The notes beneath the pieces were generated by a model. The model was not told the DNA's origin. It saw nothing but the letters and a program-made list of their open reading frames with translations, and did no database searches. This document shows, one piece after another, positions 22,601 through 34,600 of a stretch of DNA of 64,000 nt. Location: the NCBI GenBank assembly GCA_050084985.1, contig JBITNC010000002.1, positions 5,890,001-5,954,000 on the forward strand. Reading direction: 5' to 3'. The DNA comes from Nageia nagi. Taxonomy: Eukaryota > Plantae > Pinophyta. Numbering within the stretch: the first letter of the stretch is position 1; the number at the start of each line of letters is the position of its first letter. The position numbers and the translations under genes are program-made.

Positions 22601-25600
22601 AGAAAAGGACATTAGTTTTCAAGTGCATGGTTGAAAGATGTTGTTGAGTTTCTATGTTCAGATCTCCTTTTCTTGGAAAACAATGAACCCCATTGCCCCA
22701 AGTTCATTCATCAAATGTGGGAATTGCTTTCAAATTTGACCTCCATGAACCATTGCCCTTGATGGAAAAACTGCCCAGCCTTGACAGCTCGGCAAGATCA
22801 AATGGAATGAGTTCATGCAAATACAAGTGTTAAGCTGTGTTTGGAAGTCCCAACAGTGGTGGAAAGTGAGGCTTTAACAACTCCGCATTGACGATTGGTC
22901 AAAGTCCCAAGTAAGATGGAAGATTTAGCTCAAGAACACTCTTTCCGACTTGCTTGGTGATGATATACGAGCCATGGCAAAGTGGGAAGAGTCCGTGCAT
23001 GTAGTCCATCCAATCACTATGTTTGCAAGTGAATCCATATTTAATCTCCAACTTTGAATTGGAATTCATGAGGCATCCAACATATGTCATGCCTTTGTTC
23101 TTCATATTGGACTTCCTATTAAATATGTTGAATTTGTTCCACAAACTTCATTGCCTACCATGCATCTTTGTGAACATGTCATGATCCTTCATGGAATCGA
23201 AGAGGAATAGCATGTTCCATGGGAGTCAGACATTGAAAATCAAAGCAGATTGAAAAAAGACCATGCTTGGTTGAGTTGTAACAAGTTTTATTGCATACCA
23301 AAGTGATTCCATACATAAATGAAAGGAGTTTAGCAATATATATACCATGCTTTTTCGCAAGCAATCATCGTCATGATAACCAGTTCTGAAAATCAATCAA
23401 CAACAAAATAAACACAATCATTACCATACTTTGCAGTTTGCAAACTTAAAAGAAAATCTATGGGGATGTATTCTCCCGACTTGGTTGTTGTCGGCAATGG
23501 TGTGTGAAATCCTTGCTTGAAGTTGGAAGGTTTGGTAGAACACAAATAGTACATGACCTGATGTATCTGTAGATCACTCTTCATCTTAGGCCTACAAAAT
23601 GCTTTTGGAGCATCATCAAGGTCTTCTCCATGCCAAATTGACAAGCTGTTCAACTCAAGTCTGCTTCAAAATCAACTTTTGGTGGGGTTCGTACATGAAG
23701 ATGTCCCATGTGGGAAAGCATGCTATCTTTCAAACAAAAATCTGAAACATGCTTACCTGTGCAAAGTAATTTTTAGATGGCCCAAAAATCAGCATCTTTC
23801 TTGTACATGGTTGTTCAAGAAGAAGTCTCATGGCCACAAGGATCAAGAATGGTGGTGAGAGTTAGAAGTGGCAACTGGCTCAAACAATTAACAACCGTAT
23901 TTGTACTCCCCTTGCGTTTTATAATCAAATGAAACTGCTGGAAGTACGTTGCACATTTTTTGTGTCTCTTCATTTCTTGATTTTTTATGAGAGTGAATGA
24001 ACTGTAGAGGACTGTGATCAGTATGACTAATTGTTTGTTTGCCCAACATGTAGTGTCTCCACTGTTTGTATGCTTGGCAATGACAAAAATCTTTTTGTCA
24101 TATGTTGGATACTTTTATGCTACTTCATTGGAATTCTCATTGTGATATGCACCTAGATGGTCATGTTAAGTAAGGACTGGCGCAAGGGCCGTAAGGCACA
24201 TGTAAGTTTGGGAGAGTAAGAATTAGAGCTAAATGCAAACATTATTTCACCTCAAAATTCTTTTTTTTGCTGTTCACCCTAATGAAATTTGGCTTCTGTA
24301 ATGTACCCTTCTAGGGTTTATGCTAAATATGCACAATTACTCAACACATTTCCGCATTCATTCACAAATTAGGGCATCAATGAACATGCTCATTAACCAT
24401 CCAAAACATGCGTTCAAACTGGAATATAACAGCAGTAGCTAAATCTGATATAAAGCTCTTATAACATGTGAATATGACCAAAACTAGGGCACCAATCAGA
24501 TCTGTTACATAACAGAAATATAGCTCCAAAAGTACTCAATTCGCATACATTCTCATGCACAAAGAAGATATAGGAACATTCATTCACATTAGAGACGCAA
24601 TATGAGAGGCAATATCATCAATAATCAACCAAGAATAAGTGTAGGGCTGTAAGAAGCCTATAACAAGTTCTAGGGCAAAGCCCAAGACTCCGAAATGCTC
24701 AAACTAGACTCCTCAAGGTTGGCACAAGTCCCAAGAAGGCTCCCAAGCTAGGCGCAAGCCTCAAGATGGCTCCCAATGGTTGGCACAAGCTCCCAAGTGG
24801 CAAGAATGGTAGGCACAAGATCTCCAAGAGAGATAGAATTGCAGATGAATCACTTCTAGGCTAGGAAGTAGCCCTAAGCCCTAGAAGGTATAGAAGGGAA
24901 GCATCCCTAAGCTCTAAATGATCCAAGATCAAATGCACAAGATAATGTCTTCAAATGATGTGCTCACTTCCCTTTTATAGAAGTCCAATTCTAATTTGTG
25001 GTTGGCCGATCCAACCTAGAAATGTAAATAACTCTTAATTGACAAATGACTCCTCCTAAGCTGGACATTGGGCAATTAAGGAATAATATATTTCCTTATT
25101 ACAAAACATGGCCCACTTTTATTATTAAATAACAAAGACTCCTAATCTAAATATAATTCACTCCTAAGTGTCACAAACGATACTAAATACAATGTTAATA
25201 AACTGGGTCCTGCATGCGCGATAGTAGAAATCTGGCTTCGGGGGTGAATCTTCAAAAGTCCATATCTTCCCCATGTTCTTGACAAAACCATGTCATGTGA
25301 CCTATCAAAACAATTGGCACGAGATTCTTTATCCATTCTAGAAGACAAATAAACGATCCATGGATTGTGAAGAAAGTTATGCCTTCAACAAGGGTTTTCG
25401 AAATTGGGGACATTAGAAGTCCTCCCTCCTCAAATTCCTTGCTCTCAAGCAATTTCAAATGCATCCCAAAGTGATGCTTGTCTTCATACTTTGTCTTCAA
25501 GTCTACCAAGCAATGCTTGACTCCATAGTTGTCCTCCAAATGTGCTAACCAATTATCAAATACTCTTCAAAACAGTCCTTTGGTGATATCAAGAGGATGC

Positions 25601-28600
25601 AATCATGGAGGTGATTGTCCCATGGTGTAGAAGCAAGAAATGTTGTTGATGATGAATGCCTATTCAACCTCCAACCTTGTGCCTTGCTTCCAAATTGATT
25701 CCAATACTTTTTTGTCCCAACACCAAGAATGTGACAAATCATAGCTGATTGAAGGCTGACCTGATTTGTTTTAGGTGCAAAAATGTTGCTCAAATGCTTG
25801 CCAAGTGTTATCCCTTCATTGGATCTAGCTGTCATATCTCTAGAGCCACTGGTTCTAAATTTCGTAGGGTTGTTCCCAACCAAGATGATGTGCAAATCAG
25901 TCAATAGTGGACTGATTTTTAAGTCCACAAACTCTGTCTCTCTAGCAACATCAATCTTCAAACCAATCAGTCAGTAGTAAGGACTGATTTCTTCATCAAA
26001 CAAAGTGTAGATCAAACCTCCAAGTGTTCCAACAGAGGAGGTCTCATGGGTCTCAAAGTGTGTTTGTATGTCACCCTTTATTATGGCCAACCAAAGAAAT
26101 GAAATGGAATCAAGAATGCTGATGTGACAAGGACTGATATACCTTCTGTCTACCTGTCCAAGAAGTGGATATGTGTAGGTCTTCAAAGGGTCTCTTTCTT
26201 CCATATGTGATACTTCTTTGAAAGTGGCAAAATAGCTGAGTTTAACCTTCAACATATGCTCTTTACCTCTCATAAGACTGTTACAAAAATCAAAGATGAT
26301 GTCTTGGCTGTTCCTTACCATTTGAGATGATTTTTGTCCCCTTTTCATGTTGCAATCACTGCTGCAATTTGAAAGAACACTGCTGTCCCTGTTTGTTGTT
26401 GTGTTGAGTAACCCTTTAGCAATGTTCTTCAACTTTATGCATCCCAAATTGAGTGTGTATCCAAGAGATGAGATTATGTTCATCAAACTATCATAAAACC
26501 CAACTGGTATGAGAATTTGGACTGTTCTTTGGTACCATAGGCTGCCCATAGACTCTGTCCAAACTGAGATCACTGCTGTCTAAACACATGGTGTTGCTTT
26601 CCCATGAGGTGTAGATGCTACGACTGATTTTTGTCATCAATGGTTGCCCAAACTCTGAGTGTAGTGAATAAGCCTGATTTCTCCCTTTATTTATGCCACC
26701 GAATTTGTTCAACCAATCTTGTAATACTTCTCTATATGTGGCCACAATTGTACCAAGGAGGGTGATCATACTAAGCAACAATTTGATTCTACCTTTTGCC
26801 AAATCCACTCCGCATCATTGCAGCCATATAAATGAATGTGAGTCTGCTGTCATAAAAATCAAAATGCATATCATACCTCATAGTAGTCATATCATGGCTG
26901 ATCCGTATCTCCAAATAGTGCCTAGATAAGTCCCAAAGTGGGATGTCTCCCTCAAGATGCTTTAAAGACTCTTCAAGAGTGGTGCAGGTTTTTTGGAAAT
27001 CACAAACTGTTTCATGAATCCAATCTAAACAAAGCTGATCACAAGTGTAGATCACACCTCTCAACAAGAAAAAGCTATTGTCATAGGAACTCCTTTCTTT
27101 CCCCTTGTCCGTGACACCGTGTGTTGTATTTTCTTTGATCCTTTTCAAGTGTGTAGTTCCAACTCTGAAGTGATCTGCTGTACCAACTGAGATATTGCAA
27201 CTATTAAACTTGTTATCCCATGCAATATAGCCTTGGAATGCTCATTCTTCATTGACCAACATGCTGATGTACCTTTCGAGCTGCTTCCATTGTCCATGTG
27301 TGCACAAACTGGGTTGAAATGGGTCTAATTTTTCGCAGACCTGAACTGTAATCATGCATATCAGACCTGATTTTCTTATCGCAACAGTGAATAGTGGTAG
27401 TCCCAACCTTCCTTTATCATCCCAGATTTGTTCCCAAGTATCTCCAAAGGCTGATCTAGGCCAAACCTCATCAAATATATTAATGCTAATGCAAAAATCA
27501 GAGATAAATGAGTTAGAATTTGAGTCAACAAATTCTAGTGTTGTAGTTTGAAATTCTCTATCTTCATGAAGTACTCGAATGTTATATCTATGACCCACGC
27601 TTGCTAGATGATCATAACAAAAGTTTGCAAATTCATGAACATCAATTCCTATATTTATGTGTTGCAAATGGGCATACTTGAAATCCACCAAGTCTTGTAA
27701 ATGGGCATATATGAAACTTATCAATCTATATTTAATGCTCATGTTCATGCCTAGAGAAAGAGTGATTATAGAGCCTTTGATTTCAACATAACTTCCCAAA
27801 CCACTCTCAATACTTGAAACTTCATCACATAACTTTTTTGGGGTCATCACATACTGCTCTTCATAATCTGAGTGTGGTAGCAATGTCTGATCTGTTTCTT
27901 TATTCATGCTATCATCCACACCATGGTTATGAGGAAGGCTCTTTGGTACCACTGTATGAAGTAGTCTTTCAACTGGATGTTTCATTGGTTCATGTCCCAT
28001 TCCCAAAGCATCCCAAAATGAGTTAATTAAACTCAATACACTGCTGTAGAAATCAGAAATGTTATAGTACCTTTTGTGAGTGGCAATATGGCTAAATCTT
28101 GCCTCAAATGTGTGCACTTGGACTTCCTTTATACTGAGTGTACTGCTGCCAAGATCAGAAGTGTTGTACTGCCTTTTATGAGTGGTAATTTGGTTGGTCC
28201 ATGACCTTAAAGAGTCCCAAGATGAATCCATATGTGGTGCACCCCTTTGGAAACTCTTCAAGGTCTTCCAAGAATGGGTTTACCATGCTGATGCTATGCT
28301 ACTCTTTCTTCAGTGTCAACTTCTAGACTTGTCACATCTTCTTCACTTCTCATGGTTCCTACACAAGGCTTGTGAACCAAGTCATCTTCTTATGCCAAGA
28401 TGTCATCCTTTCTTTCATCACATTCTTCCTCTGAGTGTGTATTGATGATTTCGATCATGTCATCAATTCCACTAATACTAGAAATCACATTGGATTGATC
28501 TATTAGAACCATTGTTTTGTTCTTTTCCTCATGCTCAATATTATCAATATGCATATCCATAAAATAGTTTTGGAATTTCATCATAGATACCTCATGAGAT

Positions 28601-31600
28601 AGGGTGTTTTCTTCAAGCTACTCTTCTTCTCTAATCTCCTCATTCTTTTTCTCAAATCGCTCATTGGTTTTTTTGGCTAAAGTTTTTTAAAGTGATGATG
28701 TGTTCAAAGCCCAAAATGGTAAGGCCATTGTACCACCATTCATGCGCAATACCTTCAAGGTGGAGTGAAGCATACCAAATTGCATCCTTCTCATTCATCA
28801 GATGGAGGGTGAAGTATGTTCTCATCTTTTGTAGCCATACTTTGATGGTCATGTTGTTTCCATTGAACATGGGCACTTGCAATTGCTTATACTACTTGCT
28901 TCCTTGGTCAATCTTCTTGCCAAAAAACTTCAAATATCCCTAAAATGAAATTGCTTGTCTAAATTCATCACTTCTTGCTTGGTATTGTGCGAAATGGTCA
29001 TCCATCTCATCTCCTTTTCTTTTGTTGCTTTCTTACTCTTGCAAGAATGTCGGTGATAGGTGCGCGACATTCTCTTGTCCATGCGTGGCTGATCCTATCA
29101 TCCTTTGATGGGGCTAAGAGAGCCCATCAACTTTGTTTACTAATTGAGCTAGTAAACCAACCATAGATTCAACTGTTCTTGAGGAATTTCCATCTTTTGA
29201 TTCCTTCACAGGCTGGCAAGATTCAGAGGTCTGATACCACTGTAATGTACCCTTCTAAGGTTTATGCTAAGCATGCACAATTACTCAACACAATTCCGCA
29301 TTCATTCACAAATTAGGGCATCGATGAACATGCTCATTAACCATCCAAAACATGTGCTCCAACTGGAATATAACAGCATTAGCCGAATCTGATATAATGC
29401 TATAACATGTGAATATGACCAAAACTAGGGCACAAATCAGATCTGTTACATAACAGAAATATAGCTCCAAAAGTACTCAATTCGCATACATTCCCATGCA
29501 CAAAGAAGATAGTAGCATAGCAGAAATATATAGGAACATTCATTCACATTCAAGACACAATATGAGAACCAAGATCATCAATAATCAACCAAGAATAAGT
29601 GTAGAGTTGTAACAAGCTTGTAATAAGTTCTAGGGAAAAGCCCAAGACTCCGAAATGCTCAAACTAGACTCCTCAAAGCTGGCACAAGTCCCAATAAGGC
29701 TCCCAAGCTAGGTGCAAGGCTCAAGATGGCTCCCGATAGCTGGCACAAGCTCCCAAGTTGCAAGAATGGTAGGCGCAAGCTCTCCAAGAGAGGTAGAAGT
29801 GTAGATGAGCCACTTCTAGGCTAGGGAGTAGCCCTAAACCCTAGAAGGTATAGAAGTGAAGCATCCCTAAGCTCCGAATGATCCAAAGATCAAATGCACA
29901 AGATGATGTCTTCAAATGAGGTGCTCACTTCCCTTTTATAGAAGTCCAATTTTGATTTGTGGTTGGCCAACCCAAACCAGAAATATAAATAACTCATAAT
30001 TGACAAATGACTCCTAAGCTAGACGTAGCGCAATTAAGGAATAATACATTTTCTTATTAAAAAACATGACCCACTTTTATTATAAAATAACAAAGAATCC
30101 TAATCTAAATATAATTCACTCCGAATACCCCTCATAGGGCTAGACCATTAATTATGAGTGTAACAAATGACACTAAATACAATATTAATGAACTTGGTTT
30201 CACATGCGCGATAGTAGAAAATTGGTTCCAAGGGCAAATCTTCAAAAGTCCATATCTTCCTTGTTTCTTGACAGAACCATGTCATGTGACATGTCAAAAC
30301 GATTGACACAAGATTCTTTATCCATTCTAGAAGACAAATCGGCAATACATGGATTATGATGAAAGTTATGCCTTCAACAAGGTTTTTCGAAATTGGGGAC
30401 ATTACAGCTTTGGATTCTACCTTAGTGACTTGGTGAAAAGGCCAATCAAGATGTGAACACCCATAAACATATCTCCTTTAAATGTTGGCAAAGCGTAAGA
30501 AACATCAAATTTTCACAAGAGTAGTTGGGGTAAACCAATATTTTATGACTCGTATTTCTTTTTGAATCAAAATGTAATGAATGCTCATAAACAATGTTCA
30601 ATATATCGGACCACCTCCATGCTTTCAAAGAGTGATGAACTTGCTTTTCATGCTCTATATATTGCTCCCATATGAGAAACATCAAAGTTTCATGAGAAGA
30701 GTTGGGGTAAACAAATATTTTATGACTTGTATTTCTTTTCGAATCAAAATGCACTAAATACTCATCAACAATGTTCAATATATCGGACCTCCTCCATGCT
30801 TTCAAAGAGTAATGAACTTGCTTTTCATGCTCCATATGTTGCTCCCATGTGCTACCGACGATAAGAAAACCATCCAAGTAGACCACTAATGATGACCTCT
30901 TTTGGCCTTGACTCATGGATTTCATGCCTTTGCCACATGAATAAGAGAATACAACTTAGGAAACAATGGAAGAATCCAAAAATATGCATATCTACTGTGA
31001 ACAGAGAATAATGTTCAAGAATACATTGAAGCAACATAAAAAGGTGATGATGAATCAAATCATTTAGATTCTTTGGGTGTTTTATAGCCCAAACCCTACT
31101 ACTAGATCAAAAGGTTTGTCAGTTTTGGGGCCCACAATCGCTGAGGCTTCAAATCAATATGGATATTTCAATATGGAAAGGTATTTTTGATGCAGATATC
31201 TATGATTGGATCCAGAAGCTTGAACATAATTCTCTATTCACAACTTCTCATATGAAAAGATCAAGATTACTATACTGAAGTTTGCTCCAAAGGTCATGAT
31301 ATGGTGGGAGTCTTACTCCAAAATGTACAAGGATGAAAGAGAACCACTTACAACATTGGAGGTGTATGTTGATTCCCTTTGTGCTAAGTTTTATTCTACC
31401 AAGTATTTTGAGTATCGGTATATCAAGTGAAAGTAATTGTACTAGAAACACGAGTCATGCAAACTACCTATTAAGCTAGACACCTCCAATAGAGACGAAT
31501 TGAAGTTCCTCATGTACCATAATTGGTTTACAGTGAGAGGTCCAGACAAATTTGAAGTTTCCCATCATCTCTGCTCTTGGACATGCTTGCTGGTTTTCCA

Positions 31601-34600
31601 ACAAGATAGAAGAAAAACTACAAGCTAGAAATTAATACGGAAATAGCTCATATTTTGGGAAACCAAGAAGTTTTAATAAGAAGGCTACAGACTGAAACAA
31701 TCACAAAATGAGCATGGATCTTCTTGCAAGCAGCCATGTGATGGTAAACTGTAATAAACCAGCCAAGTAAAATAAATAAAATTTTGCAATCTCTACTCAA
31801 ACCCTAGTGCAAATCAACAAACAGAAAAAAATGCAGGAATTTTGATTTTTATTGCAGCAAACAGCAGTACAGTTCTGATCCACTCAAACAGAGTAGATGA
31901 AACTGATTACACAGAAAATCTACCACAAAACATCAGATCAGACCCAAAGGGCCTAGGGCTTGGCTAAGAATGGCCAAGTAGATGATTCTGATGTTCACAA
32001 ATATACAACAAAGGTAGTTAGGTTCAATCGTTGGCTTGCTGAAGCCAATGATGCCCTCAAAATGCAGAATCACCCTCTTCCAGAGCTGGCACTCGACCTT
32101 GGGATCAAGACTCTCAAATCTGCTATTTTCAATGCTGTCCACAAATGCTACAATTCCATATCTGAATGCAAAAAATGATGTTTCTTTCCTCAATGAAGCA
32201 CAAGTGTAAACCTTGGATTTACCTCAAAGGAAAGAGCATAAGGGTTGGGTTCCTAAATCCTCTAAAAGATTTTGGTCTCCTAGGGTTTCCCTCTCTTACA
32301 GGATTGCCAGTTTGCAAGAGGAATAAACTATTTTCAGCCATAACAGTATTCTCCAAATCAATATTGACAATATCACCCAAAAGCATCCTCTACAATGGGA
32401 AACAATGTTCCAATTTATAGAAGCAAAAAAACTGGAGTGTTTGAGACTCCAAGAGATCTGATGGATCACAATCTTCCCAAAGAATTAAGAAAAAACATAA
32501 ATGAAGTCTATCAGAAAGGAATGGGCGTGCATATCTGTGCATTCAAGAAAGATCTCATCAGATTGTAAACATTAAGAGCTCAACTGCACGCCTTCAAGGG
32601 AAATAAATGTCGATATGTGAAGAACAATCGACCGCATAGTAACCCTTGGAGGGGATGTGCACATGCAACAGGTGCATCCAAAATGGAATTCAAATTATGG
32701 AACACTAAATCCCTTCACTAACTCTAGAAATGGGGTGTCCCACTCTATGTGGCCTAGGAAATTCATTGCAATGCAAATATAGATGAGATGCCAAAAATGG
32801 GAACATTACATAAACCAATTATTGTAGCATAAGTGCCCTATTGATAAGAAGGCTGAAATAGGTTAGAGAATTCTTAATAAAACTCCTTTCCATTTTGATG
32901 AAGAATTTTGTACAGACGAAAATTTCATTGCACAGAAGTAGGCAGAATTGTGAAGGATGAATAAGGGAAGACAAAAGTTGTTATGGAATCAGCTCCACAG
33001 GCTCCCGCTATGATAACTCAGAATGAGTCATCCTTTAAAGGTGCTGATTATATAGACTATGAAAGGGCCAAATACATAGAGAATACAACAGTTATGGTAG
33101 TTCGAGAAACTTCCCACTTGTAACTACTTTAACAACCACAAATGTTTACCCATATCTAAAGTCTTCCTAATATGCCTAAAAACATTTCTATCTAATGTTC
33201 TTAGATACCCAAATACTTAATGTATTATCTATTTTCTAACATTATCCCCCATAATACATTAAACCTCAAAATTGAGAACAAGAAGAAACGCATAAGAGAT
33301 CACATCATTCACATATGATTCGAACGATAGCAGTAACAACCATTTATCATCATGTCTCCTTTTAATTGTTGTCAAGACTATTTGCAAAATCAGCAGCGGC
33401 ATCAAGCTCAATGACCAAAAAACATAATTTTTCAGCAGTAATGGGCTCACTAATCTTCAAGTCTTCAAATCTCATGTGACAATGATTGGGCATCACCATT
33501 CTCCATTTTTTGTGTGGTAATGATTGAGCTGACTGATTTAAGCTTGTTAACTCATCTGCTTCAGGCATCCATGGACCATTCCTCAAACCACGCTGATCTC
33601 CTATGGCATTATTGTTTTTTATTAGCGCTGTCTTCAATGCCCGTCATTGTGCTTTGCGCTTTCTCCATATCTTTCAATTAACAGAAAGGCCAACTATACA
33701 TATGTTCGTGTGGGTGCCTTTGATGGAATCAAACTAGCAATTATTTTAGTGGGTGTCTGGTGGCAGTTATTCCCTAGACTAGGGGAACCAGCATGACTGC
33801 GTGCAAAATTTGTATTCACATGACATTGCAATGCACTGTGTGCATATCTCTTTCTTTGGGTGTAACCTACACAACCTCTCCAAATGTTTATTTCCGCCAA
33901 CACACAGACAGAACTACACGCAATCTTCTACAGTGCACAGTGATTTCTCAGCAAATGGAGTGCCACAGCAGATCGTAGTCTCTTCATATTTCTCTATACA
34001 GCAACAGCCTTCTCAACAGATTCACTATGCACAGTCTCTGTCTACTTTTCACACTCGTGAACAAAGAGAACAGAACTCCTGGTATTTTTCCACTATATCT
34101 TCTTACGTATGTGCAGGATTCGGAAGGGCCCGGAGCAAATAATATATTACAGTACAGAAATATATATACATAAAGAATACAACAGTTGCAGTAGTGTGAG
34201 GAACTTGCCGCTTGTCACTACTTTACCAACCACAAATATTTACCTACATCTAAAGTTTTCCTAATGTTCTTAAAAAATCATTCATATAATATTTCAAGGT
34301 ACCTAAATACTTACCTAATGTATCATCTATTTTTCTAACGCTGATGAGGAACATGAGAAGACTATTTCAGTAACAGTTTTGGGTCCATGGAATGCCTCTC
34401 CACTTCATCGTGGACAAAGAAAGACAAAAAAGTCCAATAGCAGAAGAAACTATTAAGAGATTAAGTTCAAGACAAAGAGTATATCCTCAGCCATATCCAG
34501 TCAGTTTGTTATAGCAAAAAAAAAGATCATGATATAACAACAATGCAAGCTCCAATTTGCGATCAAACTCTTCAAGGATGAGGCAATCTATGATATGGCA

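Larger units (their letters stand above)
22430..30930 (-). mobile_element. Decayed CRM-like Ty3/gypsy pol (RT-RH-IN-chromo-like tail), split by the 24297-30406 insertion
   Basis: [12 protein letters not shown]...WEQH (30446..30925); RNase H-like sequence ~23880-24200; integrase FHTPLP...[18 protein letters not shown] (23393..23653); GPY-like GSYII...[10 protein letters not shown] (22899..23144). Boundaries approximate. Confidence 0.8.
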
